Shown here one piece after another: positions 27,310 through 38,941 of a stretch of DNA of 64,000 nucleotides (position 1 is its first letter; the number at the start of each line of letters is the position of its first letter). The translations under genes and the position numbers were made by a program. Source of the stretch: Ostrea edulis (taxonomy: Eukaryota); the NCBI RefSeq assembly GCF_947568905.1, contig NC_079170.1, forward strand, positions 1,860,001-1,924,000, given 5' to 3'. The notes below the pieces were generated by a model, which did no database searches, was not told the origin of the DNA, and was given only the letters and a program-made list of their open reading frames with translations.

Positions 27310-27884
27310 TTTCGTAATCCTATGTGTACATTATGAACGTCCTATCTCCAAATGAAATTAATCTGATAAGATCAACACTTAAGGTATGCTAATTTCCCTT
27401 TTAATTTCAATCAAATGAGGATATATTTTGAAAAATGACGTTGATGAACATCATAACAATTGTATGTCAATACCAAATGAATGCTCCAAAGTTTACTAAT
27501 TTAACGGCAACCGGAACATAAAATGTTTCTGAAACGCCTCTGTGAACACGCGGTTCCTCTGTTGATTTAGTAAATCAATTAATTGAGAAGTGAGAGATTG
27601 ATATATTCATTCACAGTATCATCCACTCAAAAGTGATTGCACTTTTACTTTCCTGTCCGTTGTGAAGAATATCATGAAACTGTGTTAACCGTCTTTATAA
27701 ATACCCGCCATGCAATTGTCCAACCACTTCATTTTACAACAAATTAGTTAGAAATATTCAAAATTTTACGTGCATGCATCTTACGATGAATAATTTTGAC
27801 AATGTTACAAGGTAATTTTGTTTAAATCATTTAAAAACAAAGAGATTAATGGACTTAACGATCACCTGAGTAAAGAACTACATG

Positions 27885-28680
27885 AAAGGTGGAGATAACG
27901 AACAGTGATCAATCTCATAAATCTCAAGCAATACGAAATAGATAGTTGAGCAAACACGAACCCCTGAACACACCAGAGATGGGATCATGTGCCTAGGAGG
28001 AGTAAGAATCCCCTGTCGACGTGTCACACCGGCCGTGAGCCCCATATCCTGATCAGGAAAACGGAGTTATCGTTAATCAAAATTAGTGTGCCAAGAACAG
28101 CCTAACAATCGGTATGAAACACGTCAGATAGAATTTGCACCAATGATAGGTTGTATTGACGAACTTGATCGTTATAACAACCATACAATTTGTGAAAATC
28201 TTACTTTAAATGAGAAAGTTGAACCCCCTGTACCATCAATATGTTTGTCAGTAGCTTGCCTCGATTTAAAAACTGACTATACGCAGAACAAGCTCTTGCG
28301 TATCGAATCAGTTGAAATATATAAACACCATATCCAGGTGATAATGGAATATTCCCACATGTGTGACCGGTTAACAGGGGATGCGTACTCAACCTCTGGT
28401 GTGTCCAGGGGTCCGTGTTTGCCCAACTATCTATTTTGTATTACTTATAGGAGTTATGAGATTGATCACTGTTCGTTATCTTCACCTTGCACCAATATGG
28501 AAATTGAACAATGGAGAAGTTGACAACATCCCATTTGTCATCAAGTTGAGTTGTTAGGTAGCAGTTAATATTTACTTTCAATAAAATATCTAAATATGTA
28601 GCAGAAGTGCACGACTCTGTGGTGTCTTTTATTTCGAGCTCGCAGGGATATATCAAATCGACATATGAATGAAAGTAATT
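27885..28680 (-). mobile_element. Rearranged PLE RT C-terminal and 3' fragments
   Basis: IYPCELEIKDTTESCTSATYLDILL; NIPLSPGYGVYIFQLIRYARACSAYSQFLNRGKLLT; family termini in both orientations. Confidence 0.8.
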
Positions 28681-29384
28681 TTTGTTCCTTAGTTAATATG
28701 ACTTGTCAAGTAGCCTTTGCTTGTTACTTGATAAAGGCAGTGAAAACAGGACAGTGATGTGAATTGAAAAAATGCCATTTATTTTGAAAATGACGAAGTA
28801 ATTTAACAGAATAGCTAGTTAAGGTCAGAATGAGTCGAAATCAAAAATACAAGAACATATGTATCACATAGGTATGATTATACAATCTGACCCCTACAAC
28901 ACATAATGAAATATCGAAATAGAGTTGCCTGTAATCAAATAAGGTGGGTTTTACAAATAAAACAGGCCAGTTCGCACAAATCAAAGTAGCATAACAAAGG
29001 AGGATGTGGAGGGTGGATGGTGGGTATCAAATTAATTTTCTTTGTGTACACAAATACTTCAGCAGTCTTTGCACTCCAAGCAAACAAAGAGGAATGACCA
29101 AAGGGTCCTTACTGCGCGCTGTGATTTGTCATCCATGTACTAGTAGGCTAAGTACGGGGCCCTAAAACAAAACATTACATCATCTTAAGTTTGCCTGATC
29201 GGAAATTTCCAACCAAGACAGCGACGATAGGAAACATACCAATATGAGGCATCCCAAAAGTGAAACCTCAAACACAAAAATGTCCATACCCAACATCCAT
29301 TAAACGTATATATTTATCACATTTTACTTATCCAAAATATACACAATAGAACATACACAATTAACACGTTACATAAAAGTCATT

Positions 29385-30300
29385 ATCTACCATAATTGAA
29401 TATTATTGTTAATAGATAAAACATCGTCGACATTTCTAGATGTTGAATTGAAAGCCAAAAGAGATTTTTTCTTCTCGCGTAGAAATTTCTGAATAAATTC
29501 TGCTTCATATGAATATAGAAACAGGTTAGCTAACAAAGGAGCATCATTCGTGCCCATGGCGATTCCAACAGACTGTTGGAAGACCTGATCACCAAAGACC
29601 ACGAAGATATTGTCAATGAGGAACTCTAGCATATTTTATTATTTCAACTTCAGAATGCTTGTGCGTGGAATTAGAGTGGTATTTAAGAAAGTATTTTTTT
29701 TTTTGGATGACTGATCCCTAAATATGAATATTTCCGTTTTCTATTTTCGTTGAAGAAGCAACTGTCTATGATGTCAAAGTTCAGTCTTTCATTTATCGTG
29801 AGGAATGGTCGGGTAAAGTGTTGGTAAGTCATACGTGTTGATGTTGTTGATCTGCGAAATGTTTTGCGATTTCATGTTTACTAAAAGTTCTTTAGAAGTT
29901 TTGAGATTCCACATTTGATTTACACTACTTCTGGCATATGTATACGCCCATTAAGTTTGAAGTTTTCCTTCAAAGTTGTTAATATTTTAGTGAAAAGCAA
30001 AGACAAGGGCTTGGTAGAGCACTTACTGGATCCAGCTAGGTATATTTGTAAGGGTTATATGTAGTTTAGGAATCCAGTATATGTACTTTAACTTATACTC
30101 ATTCAACACACCGACTGGGATATCAAATATGTCTAAAACTGAAGCATGGTCATGAAAAATTTCATCTTTTGAAAGGGCAGTTGGAGTTTAAGTACTATTA
30201 CCAAACGTGGAGGTAATACCAAGTTCGTTTAAAAATACAGTTGTAATAATGAGATTTACAAACAAAGACAATGTTGTTTCAATAACATCAGATTCCTAAA
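29385..30300 (-). mobile_element. PLE reverse transcriptase core fragment
   Basis: FLIDNIFVVFGDQVFQQSVGIAMGTNDAPLLANLFLYSYEAEFIQK...NVDDVLSINN (GxPMG and YxDD-equivalent motifs); upstream degenerate KTSKELL...TLYPTIPHDK. Confidence 0.8.
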
Positions 30301-31009
30301 AATGTCCGATCCACAAAGTGGAGGGAAGGTCTAGTACAAAATGTTTACATAGGATTATAATGACCAATTCCTGATATCATCCTGTAAAACCCCTCATTTG
30401 ATAAGAAAGAGTAATCTCATAATTAATGAATTTTATATGTTATAACTTTTGAAGCTAACAAGTTAAACTGATCAAAACGTGTATACAAAAAAAATAAACA
30501 TTTAAAGATGAATTATCCCACGTAATTGTAGATAATACAATGGTATATAAATGTCTCAGTAGAAATGCTAATCTCTGAGTTTAAAAGGTTTGCAAATCAC
30601 AAGGCCAATTCATGTATATGGTTTCCAATGGCTCACTGGTCATTTGCAAAGGAGCACTTAGAGCCAAATTTAAGAACGAATTCAAGTTTGGAGTTGAATT
30701 GATTCACACAGACAGTGCATAATCAACGGTAATATAATGGGGACAAAGTACCAATATTTTCCAACCCAGGTATGTATTAGCTCAGTTTTCAGTGTAATTT
30801 CAACAAAACAATAAAGAGATACGGTTTTACTTTCTAAAATTTAAATAGCAGCTGAAGTTTATTTTAAGGCATTTATAAAAAGAATTTAGAAAAAGAATTA
30901 CCTTGAAATGACCAAAAGGGGAGAGCTAAGTCCGCAGACCAACACAAAATGGATTATTTGTGAACGACCGAAATTAAATGTCTTGGCAAAAAAGAAGTTA
31001 TGAGATTGT

Positions 31010-31259
31010 TAAGCCGTTCTTGGCACACTGATTTGACTGCGGATAACTCCGTTTACCCGATCAGGATATGGGGCGCACGGCGGGTGTGACCGGTCAACAG
31101 GGGATGCTTACTCCTCCTAGGCACTTGATCCCACCTCTGGTGTGTCCAGGGGTCCGTGTTTGCCCAACTATCTATTTTGTATTGCTTGTAGGAGTTATAA
31201 GATTGATCACTGTTCGTTATCTTCTCCTTGCATTGATCACTGTTCGTTATCTTCACCTT
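31010..31259 (+). mobile_element. PLE 3' end with a 30-nt duplicated terminus
   Basis: Family 3' sequence ending ATTGATCACTGTTCGTTATCTTC(T/A)CCTT twice (from 31202 and 31232). Confidence 0.85.
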
Positions 31260-31654
31260 ACATGCAGCTGGTGACATCTCAATATAAGTGAAAACGTCTG
31301 TACAATCACTCAATCAGTCGATCCATTATGATGAACACACTGTCTGTCTTAACTGGTTTTTCTTTCATTATCCAGCCGCAATAGCTTATGCACCATGTAA
31401 TGAATAATCATAAAATTAAACTATTTTCGAAATGCTGACTTTAAACGGGACTATAGAAACCACTGTACCATCATCTGTACCCTGTACATATCATAACATG
31501 AATCGATGTACAATTAAACTACGATCTGTAATATGAAACGAAACATCAATGCAATTGCATTGAAAATAAATAGTTCCCAATATTAGCTGAATACATTTCG
31601 TACGATTATGTCGATATATTTTTCTTGCAAACTCACTAAAGATTAAATTTACAA

Positions 31655-34600
31655 TTATCGCAAGGCAGCCGAAATATTTTTCCAAAAGCTGTTCATCGCT
31701 TGTACGTCTTCGATCTCTGGCCATCTTATACTGAATATACACCACCAGATGTATCGCAAGGCTTTTGGCATTCTTTGTATGGGAATGTTGTCCTTGATAA
31801 CCACTATGATGGAACGTTTTCGGAGATTATGAAAGGCATGAGTCACTGCCATCTGGACGGCGTACGAATTCCAACCACTGTCTAGGAAATTTTCTGTAAC
31901 GACAAACACTACATTTCGACTGTGGTCAATACATTCCACTAGCTGCTCAGCTTTCCATACTCCAGGAATGAAGTCTTTCTCGGGAAAGCTAATTTGAAAT
32001 CCTAAATTTGTCAGCTTTTCATACATTGTTTTGCTAACCAGCTGGTAATCATCTTCAGAGTATGATATGAAAGCATCAAACTGGAATATCTTACTCTCTT
32101 CTGAATTTATTACACCTTTCAACCTGCTCTGCAGACGTAGAATAACGTAATCAACATGCACACGGTATCTCTTTATGGCAATTGCTACCACCATTCCAAT
32201 TGTTACAAAAAACAACATCAAGGAAGAAGTTATCAACCACACCCCAGTTTGACATTTCATTTCGAAAACATCAAATTGTCTTCCTTGAAGTAGTCCTGAA
32301 AAATTCGATGATTTTTTGATGCACATTGTTTCATTCAAATCGCCAAAAAGTTCTTGATTATTCCTTATTAATCGAAGAGAAGAAATATCGCTACAATCGC
32401 AGTCAAAAATGTTCCCTTTAATGAAAGTTTTCGCATATTTTAGACTCTGAAGTACATGAAAATCAGATGTTTTCAATGACTTAATTTTGTTGTTTTGAAT
32501 GTAGAAATGTATAAGGTTTGGAAAATGTACAACTGCAGTGGGGATCCAAGAAAGATAATTGTCATTTAGGTTAAGGGAATTTAACTTTGTTTGTTCTTTA
32601 GATAAAGTGGGAGGAAGATGATGAATATAATTATTTTGTAGGTCTAACAGTTGTAGTTTATTAAGATCACGCAATAAATGTTTCCAGTTTGCACCATTTG
32701 AATTTGTATTTGATGCCCGAAGGGTTTTTAAATTTAATAACGTTTTAAAAATCGAAATATTGGTGCAGTTATTGTTGGAAATGTTCAGGATCTCTAGAAG
32801 AGGAAAGTCGACTTCCGCAATCCTACTACACGGGAGGTTTGTATTGGACAAGTCCAACTCTTTCAAAGCTTTGCCTACAATTTTCAACTGATATTGATAA
32901 GAGTCGGGTACATAGTGAAAGTTATTGTTGGAGAACCGTAAAACCTTCAACACGTTTGATACAACTAATGTAATATTTGGATTCCAAACTAAACGGTCCA
33001 ACAATGAGACGTTGATCGTTTTTCTAATGTTCCTAATATTATTAAAACTAGCATCAATATATTGAAGATTGGGGTAATTTTTCAAAAAGTTTATTACAAT
33101 ACTCGGTTCCCAATGCATAATACGATTGTTGGAAATATCCAAATATTCAATACATCTTCCAAGATTTGTTTTAAGAAAATCGAAACAAATCCCTGTAATT
33201 CGGTTGTTCCTAGCATGAACTTTCTGCACGCAGATGTTTGACAAATATTTACTATTATTCCGATTCAACAATAAATCATGCCTAATAAAATATGGAACAT
33301 TTGAACTTATGGATATTTCTACAATTGTTCTATTTTGCAAACACTTTAACGCTCTTAGCGCTGCATTCAAGTCACATCGACCTCCAAAATTCATTTCTAT
33401 CCTCAACAGAACAGGAAAAGAGCATAGGATATCTTCACTGACATCACATCGTACGTGACCGTTAAAGTCCATTGTCAGATTGTAGATGGGAGATTCCGAT
33501 AATCCATTAAACGTGTTGTTGTCTAAGTAGAAAATGGATGAAGTTGGGTAAAATTTCAGTTTACTTAAATGCTTTAAACGTTTGAATTTGCTTCCGAATC
33601 TAAATCCTTTAAACACGTCGATGTGCAATTCAATTAAAGAAGATAGTCGTGATAGTTCGTTCTCCGGATAGCTATAATTAGAAATGTGTCTACAAAATTC
33701 ATTGCCATGTATGTAGAAAATTTTCAATTCAGCCAGATACGAAAATGACCACTTTCTTGGGGTGTGTACCTTCAAGTTGCAAAACGAAAGGTCAAGAACG
33801 CACAGCCTCGGAAGACGCCTGAAAGAAAATCTATCTATACATTTTATGTCATTGTTCTTCAAATATAATGCTGAAACATTCCTTAATAAAGTTGGTTTGA
33901 TACCTGCAAAAGTTTTTGATGATATCAAAGTAAAGTTATTGCTTGAAAGGTCAATAGATACTGTTTCGCCCTTAAACATTGTATTGAAATCAAGAGGAAA
34001 TTTGTCATAGTTGAGGTGCCTGCAATTCCACAACCATCCCAGGTTTCCACACTCATCTCTCTGATGTGTAACTTTACAAATTTGTCCTCTTGAAGTACTC
34101 ACAGCTGAAATCAAATCATGAAACCATATATGACATTCTGATGCTATACACAAGTACTCGAAACATTTTATTCAAAAGATGCCGTACTTTCCAATAGACA
34201 ATATTTTCACGGTCTGCTGGAATCGCCATCGGTACGAATTTTGATTTTTCTTTTGCTGACCCTTTTATGCTCGTACAAATAGGAATTAGTTTAAGAGTTT
34301 CTACATGAGAAGAAAATAATCACGTCGACATAAAGATATATCGATAACATTTTATCTGCTAGCAGCAATAATTTTAAATCGTATGTCGATTCAATATATC
34401 CCTTAAACTTGAAATAAAGGACACCACGAAGTCTTCAACATCTGCTTCTTAGTTACATATTCTACTGAACATAGACTAACAACTCATATGACAAGTGGGA
34501 TGACTTTAGCCAGTCCAGCGTCAACTTCTCACATTTTTGTAGCAATATACCATAATCACATGTAGTGTTTTATTTCTCTCAACTGATCGGATACAAAAGT

Positions 34601-35040
34601 GCTTTTCCTACGTATATTAAGATATTAAATCGAGGAAGGCTACTGACAAATGAGTTGATATTACTAGGGTTTCAATAGTCTCATTTAAAACCAGCATTTC
34701 GTATGTTCTATGGTCATTATAACGATCAAATTTACCAGAACAACCTGTCATTGGGTTACATGATGTGTATCGTAGTTCGTGCCACCTCTTTAGCCGTTCT
34801 TTAAACACTGATTTTGACTAAGATTTACTTCCGATACCTGATCACACATATAATATGGGTCCTTGTTTACCCTACTCTTGGTTGTGAATTCTTTATAGGA
34901 ATTATGAGATTGAACACCATTAATTATATTCACATTTTCATTTTAAAGACTGCAATCCACTGGATTAAATTCTAAAACGAACATAAAAACTCACAAGACA
35001 TTAGAATCATCGAAGAGAAATAGCAAAGATCCCACACCAT
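31655..35040 (-). CDS. TLR: Toll-like receptor, copy 3 (hybrid gene); complement(join(31655..34104,34995..35040)), 831 aa
   Basis: Exon 1 MVWDLCYFSSMILMS with donor GTGAGT at 34994; 890-bp intron; acceptor TTTCAG at 34106-34105; uninterrupted LRR-LRRCT-TM-TIR frame. The ORF-track N-terminus MCIASECHIW is probably intronic. Confidence 0.92.
34300..34935 (+). mobile_element. Degraded PLE fragment in the intron of TLR copy 3, equivalent to 26570-27205
   Basis: Near-colinear with the copy-2 intron sequence. Confidence 0.65.
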
Positions 35041-35525
35041 TTTCGTAATCCTATGTGTACATTATGAACGTCCTATCTCCAAATGAAATTAATCTGATAA
35101 GATCAACACTTAAGGTATGCTAATTTCCCTTTTAATTTCAATCAAATGAGGAAATATTTTGAAAAATGACGTCGATGATCACCATAACAATTGTATATCA
35201 ATATCAAATGAATGCACCGAAGTTTACTAATTTTACGGCAACCGGAACATAAAATGTATCTGAAACGCCTCTGTGAACACGCGGTTCCTCTGTTGATTTA
35301 GTAAATCAATTAATTGAGAAGTGAGAGATTGATATATTCATTCACAGTATTATCCATCCAAAAGTGATTGCACCTTCACGTCCATGCCCATTGTGAAGAA
35401 TATCATGAAACTTTGTTAAGCGTCTTTATAAATACCCGCCATGCAATTGTTCAACCATTTCATTTTAATCAATTAAAAACAAAAAATCCATGGTCTTAAC
35501 GGTCACCTGAGTAAAGAAGTAGATG

Positions 35526-35870
35526 AAAGGTGGAGATAACGAACAGTGATCAATATCATAAATCTCAAGCAATGCGAAACAGATAGTTGAGCAAACACAC
35601 CAGAGGTGGGATCAGGTGCTTAGGAGGTGTAAACATCCCCAGTCGACCGGTCACACCGGTCGTGAGCCCCATATCTTGATCAGGTAAACGGAGTTATCCG
35701 TAATCAAAATTAGTGTGCCAAGAACAGCCTAACAATCGGTATGAAACGCTTCAGATGCTTACTCCTCCTAGGCACTCTGGTGTGTCCAGGGGTCCGTGTT
35801 TGCCCAACTATCTATTTTGTATTGCTTGTAGGAGTTATGAGATTGATCACTGTTCGTTATCTTCACCTTG
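35526..35870. mobile_element. Back-to-back PLE 3'-terminal fragments in opposite orientations
   Basis: AAAGGTGGAGATAACG... at 35526, and ...TTCGTTATCTTCACCTT ending ~35869. Confidence 0.75.
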
Positions 35871-35984
35871 CATGCATAGCTCTTATCCTTAGACGAATTT
35901 GACTCCACTTTTTTGGCACACTGTTTTTGGCTATAATAGCTCTAAGACTTCATTGTTATTTCGGATTTCAAACATTTCGGTTCA

Positions 35985-36028
35985 GCATCACTGAAGAGAC
36001 ATTATTTGTCAAAATGCGCATCTGGTGT
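35985..36028 (+). ncRNA. Minimal type I hammerhead ribozyme motif with G12>A core mutation (probably inactive), inside retrozyme fragment 35871-36059
   Basis: GCATCA-CTGAAGA-GACA ttatt TGTC-AAAA-TGCGCA-TC-TGGTGT; otherwise the same as the intact copies. Confidence 0.75.
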
Positions 36029-37324
36029 ATCAAAATTAGTACCGTATAAGTTTTACATTGACGAATTAGATCGTTATAACGACGATAGAATTTGCGAAAT
36101 GCTGACTTCAATCTACACTGTTGAAACCCCGGTACCATCAACCTGTTTGACAGTCGCTTTCCTCGTTTTAAAAACTGACCATACGCAGAACATTCCACTG
36201 TCTATCGAATCAGACGAAATATATCAACACCATATGCAGGTGATAATGGAATATTCCCACATCAATACGGGAAGTGGACGATGGAGAAGCTGACGTCATC
36301 CCATTTGTCATCAAGTTGAGTTGTTAGGTAGCAGTTAATATTTACTTTCAATAAAATATCTAAAAATGTAGCAGAAGTGCATGACTCTGTGGTGTCTTTT
36401 ATTTCGTGCTCTCAGGGATATATCTTATCTACATATGAATGAAAGTTATTTATCCTCCTTAGTTAATATGATCTGTCAAGTAGCCTTTGCTTGTTACTTG
36501 ATAAAGGCAGTGAAAACAGGACAGTGATGTGAATTTAAAAGTGACATTTATTTTGAAATGATAAAGTTATATAACAGAATAGCTAGTTCGGGTCAGAATG
36601 AGTCGAAATCAAACATACAAGAACATGTGTATCACATTGGTATGATTATGTAATATGACCCTCTACAAAACATAATGAAATATCGAAATAGAGTTGCCTG
36701 TAATCAAATAAGGTGGGTTTTACAAATAAAACAGGCCAGCTCGAACAAATCAAAGTAGCATAACAAAGGAGGATGTGGATGGTGGATGGTGGGTATCAAA
36801 TTAATTTTCTTTGTGTACACAAATACTTCAGCAGTCTTTGCACTCCAAGCAAACAAATAGGAATGACCAAAGGGTCCTAACGGCGCGCTGTGATTTGTCA
36901 TCTATGTAATAGGCTAGGTACTGGGCCCTAAAACAAAACATTACATCATCTTAAGTTTGCCTGATCGGAAATCTCCAACCAAGACAGCGACGATAAGAAA
37001 TATATCAATATGAGGCATTCCAAAAGAGGGGCGGTGGGGGGGGTGTCCTCTAACACAAAAATGTCCATACCCAACATCCATTAAACGTGAAAGAAACAAA
37101 TTTAACATGTTATACAAAACATATATATTTACCACATTTTACTTGTCCAAAATATACACAATAGAACATACACAATTAACACGTTACATAAAAGTCATTA
37201 TCTACCATAGTTACCTATTATTGTTAATAGATAAAACATAGTCGACATTTCTAGATGTCGAAATGAAAGCCACAAGAGATTTTACTTCTCACGTAGAAAT
37301 TTCTGAATAAATTCTGCTTCATGT

Positions 37325-37875
37325 AAGGTGAAGATAACAAACAGTGATCAATATCATAACTCCTATAAGCAATACAAAATAGATAGTTGGGCAAACACGG
37401 TCCCCTGGACACACCAGAGGTGGGATCAGGTGCCTAGGAGGAGTAAGCATCCCCTGTTGACCGGTCACACCCGCCGTGAGCCCTATATCCTGATCAGGTA
37501 AACGGAGTTATCCGCAGTCAAAATCAGTGTGCCAAGAACGGCTTAACAATCGGTATGAAACACGTCAGACAGCATTTGATCCAATGCGAGGTTGTACTGA
37601 CGAAGTAGATCGTTATAACGACAATAGAATTTACGAAATGCTGACTTCAATCGAGACTGTTGAAATCCCTGTACCATCAACTTGTTTGTCAGTAGCTTAC
37701 CTCGATTTAAAAACTGACTATACCCAGAACAAGCTCTTGCATATCGAATCAGTTGAGATATATAAACACCATATGCAGGTGATAATGGAATATTGCTACA
37801 TAAATATGGGAAGTTGACGATGGAGAAGCTGAAATCATCCCGTTTGTCGTACATTGGAGTTGTCAGTTTGTCGTT
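37325..37875 (-). mobile_element. 5'-truncated PLE copy with open RT C-terminus (37543-37854) and complete 3' terminus
   Basis: LYDKRDDFSFSIVNFPYLCSNIPLSPAYGVYISQLIRYARACSGYSQFLNRGKLLTNKLMVQGFQQSRLKSAFRKF, typical PLE RT C-terminal region; no endonuclease between the stop codon and the terminus. Confidence 0.85.
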
Positions 37876-38941
37876 AACTGAATAAAGTTTACCCCGACTG
37901 TATACTCGTAGGTACTAAAAATATAATTTCTGTGGTTGAAAACACATTTTCGAATAATGTAAACTGGGTTATCAGCTTTTCATTTGATACAATGGTTTAT
38001 TACTTTTTGTCATATTATTGAGTGATGTGAATTGATTATGGGTTTCATGACCCAAAATTGAACATAGTTGTAAGTATTAAGTGTGCCAAATGTATGTAAA
38101 TTTCTTTAAGATTTGAATTTTGACATTTAGTTGCATTGTATATTCATCAAATATTTTTCCAGGCCGTCATGTTCAATACTTCTATTACATTTCAATTGTG
38201 TTGACATATACAGCTGGTGACATCACACCTCTCTACGGGACGCAAACCACTCACTCAATCAGTCGATCGATTATGATGAACACAATCTCTGTCTTAACTG
38301 GTTTTTCTTTCATTATACAGCCGGGATAGCTTATGCACCATGTAATGAATTATCATAAAACTATACTTCCACGTGAATCACACAACAGAACACACCACTG
38401 CACTGTCTCATTTTCCAATATAGAATTACGCAGCAATATGCACACTGAATTAACATAAACAATTATCCGGGGCTAGGCACCAAAACACAGTATGACTGCA
38501 TGAAAGGTTACGATAACGAGCAGTCATCGATATCATAAATTCCATAAGCAGTACAAAATAGAGAGTTGGGCAAACACGGTAAACGGAGTTATTCGTAGTC
38601 AAAATCAGTGTGCCACAAATGGTCTGATAATAGGTATGAAACACGTCAGACAGCATTTGAACCAACGATAGGTTGTATTGGCAAACTAGATCCTTATCAC
38701 GACCATAGAATTTTCGAAATACTGACTTTAAACAGGACTTTTAAAAACCCTGTACCATTTTCTGTACCCTGTACATATCATAACATGAATCGATGTACAA
38801 TTAAACTACGATCTGTAATATGAAACGAAACATCAATGCAATTGCATTAAAAATAAATAGTTCCCAATATTACCTGAATACATTTCGTAAGATTTTGTCA
38901 ATATATTTTTCTTGCAAACTCACTGAAGGTTAAATTTACGA

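Noticed and set aside
31078-31175. HDV-like ribozyme in the PLE 3' terminus (GGGTGT...CTCCTCCTAGGCACCTG)
   Set aside because: A P1-like pairing is possible, but I could not build convincing P1.1, L3 and J4/2 catalytic elements by eye; it would need a structure-descriptor search.
34105-34153. ORF-track N-terminus MCIASECHIWFHDLIS of TLR copy 3
   Set aside because: It lies upstream of the conserved TTTCAG acceptor and is not a signal peptide; the homologous leader exon is at 34995-35040.
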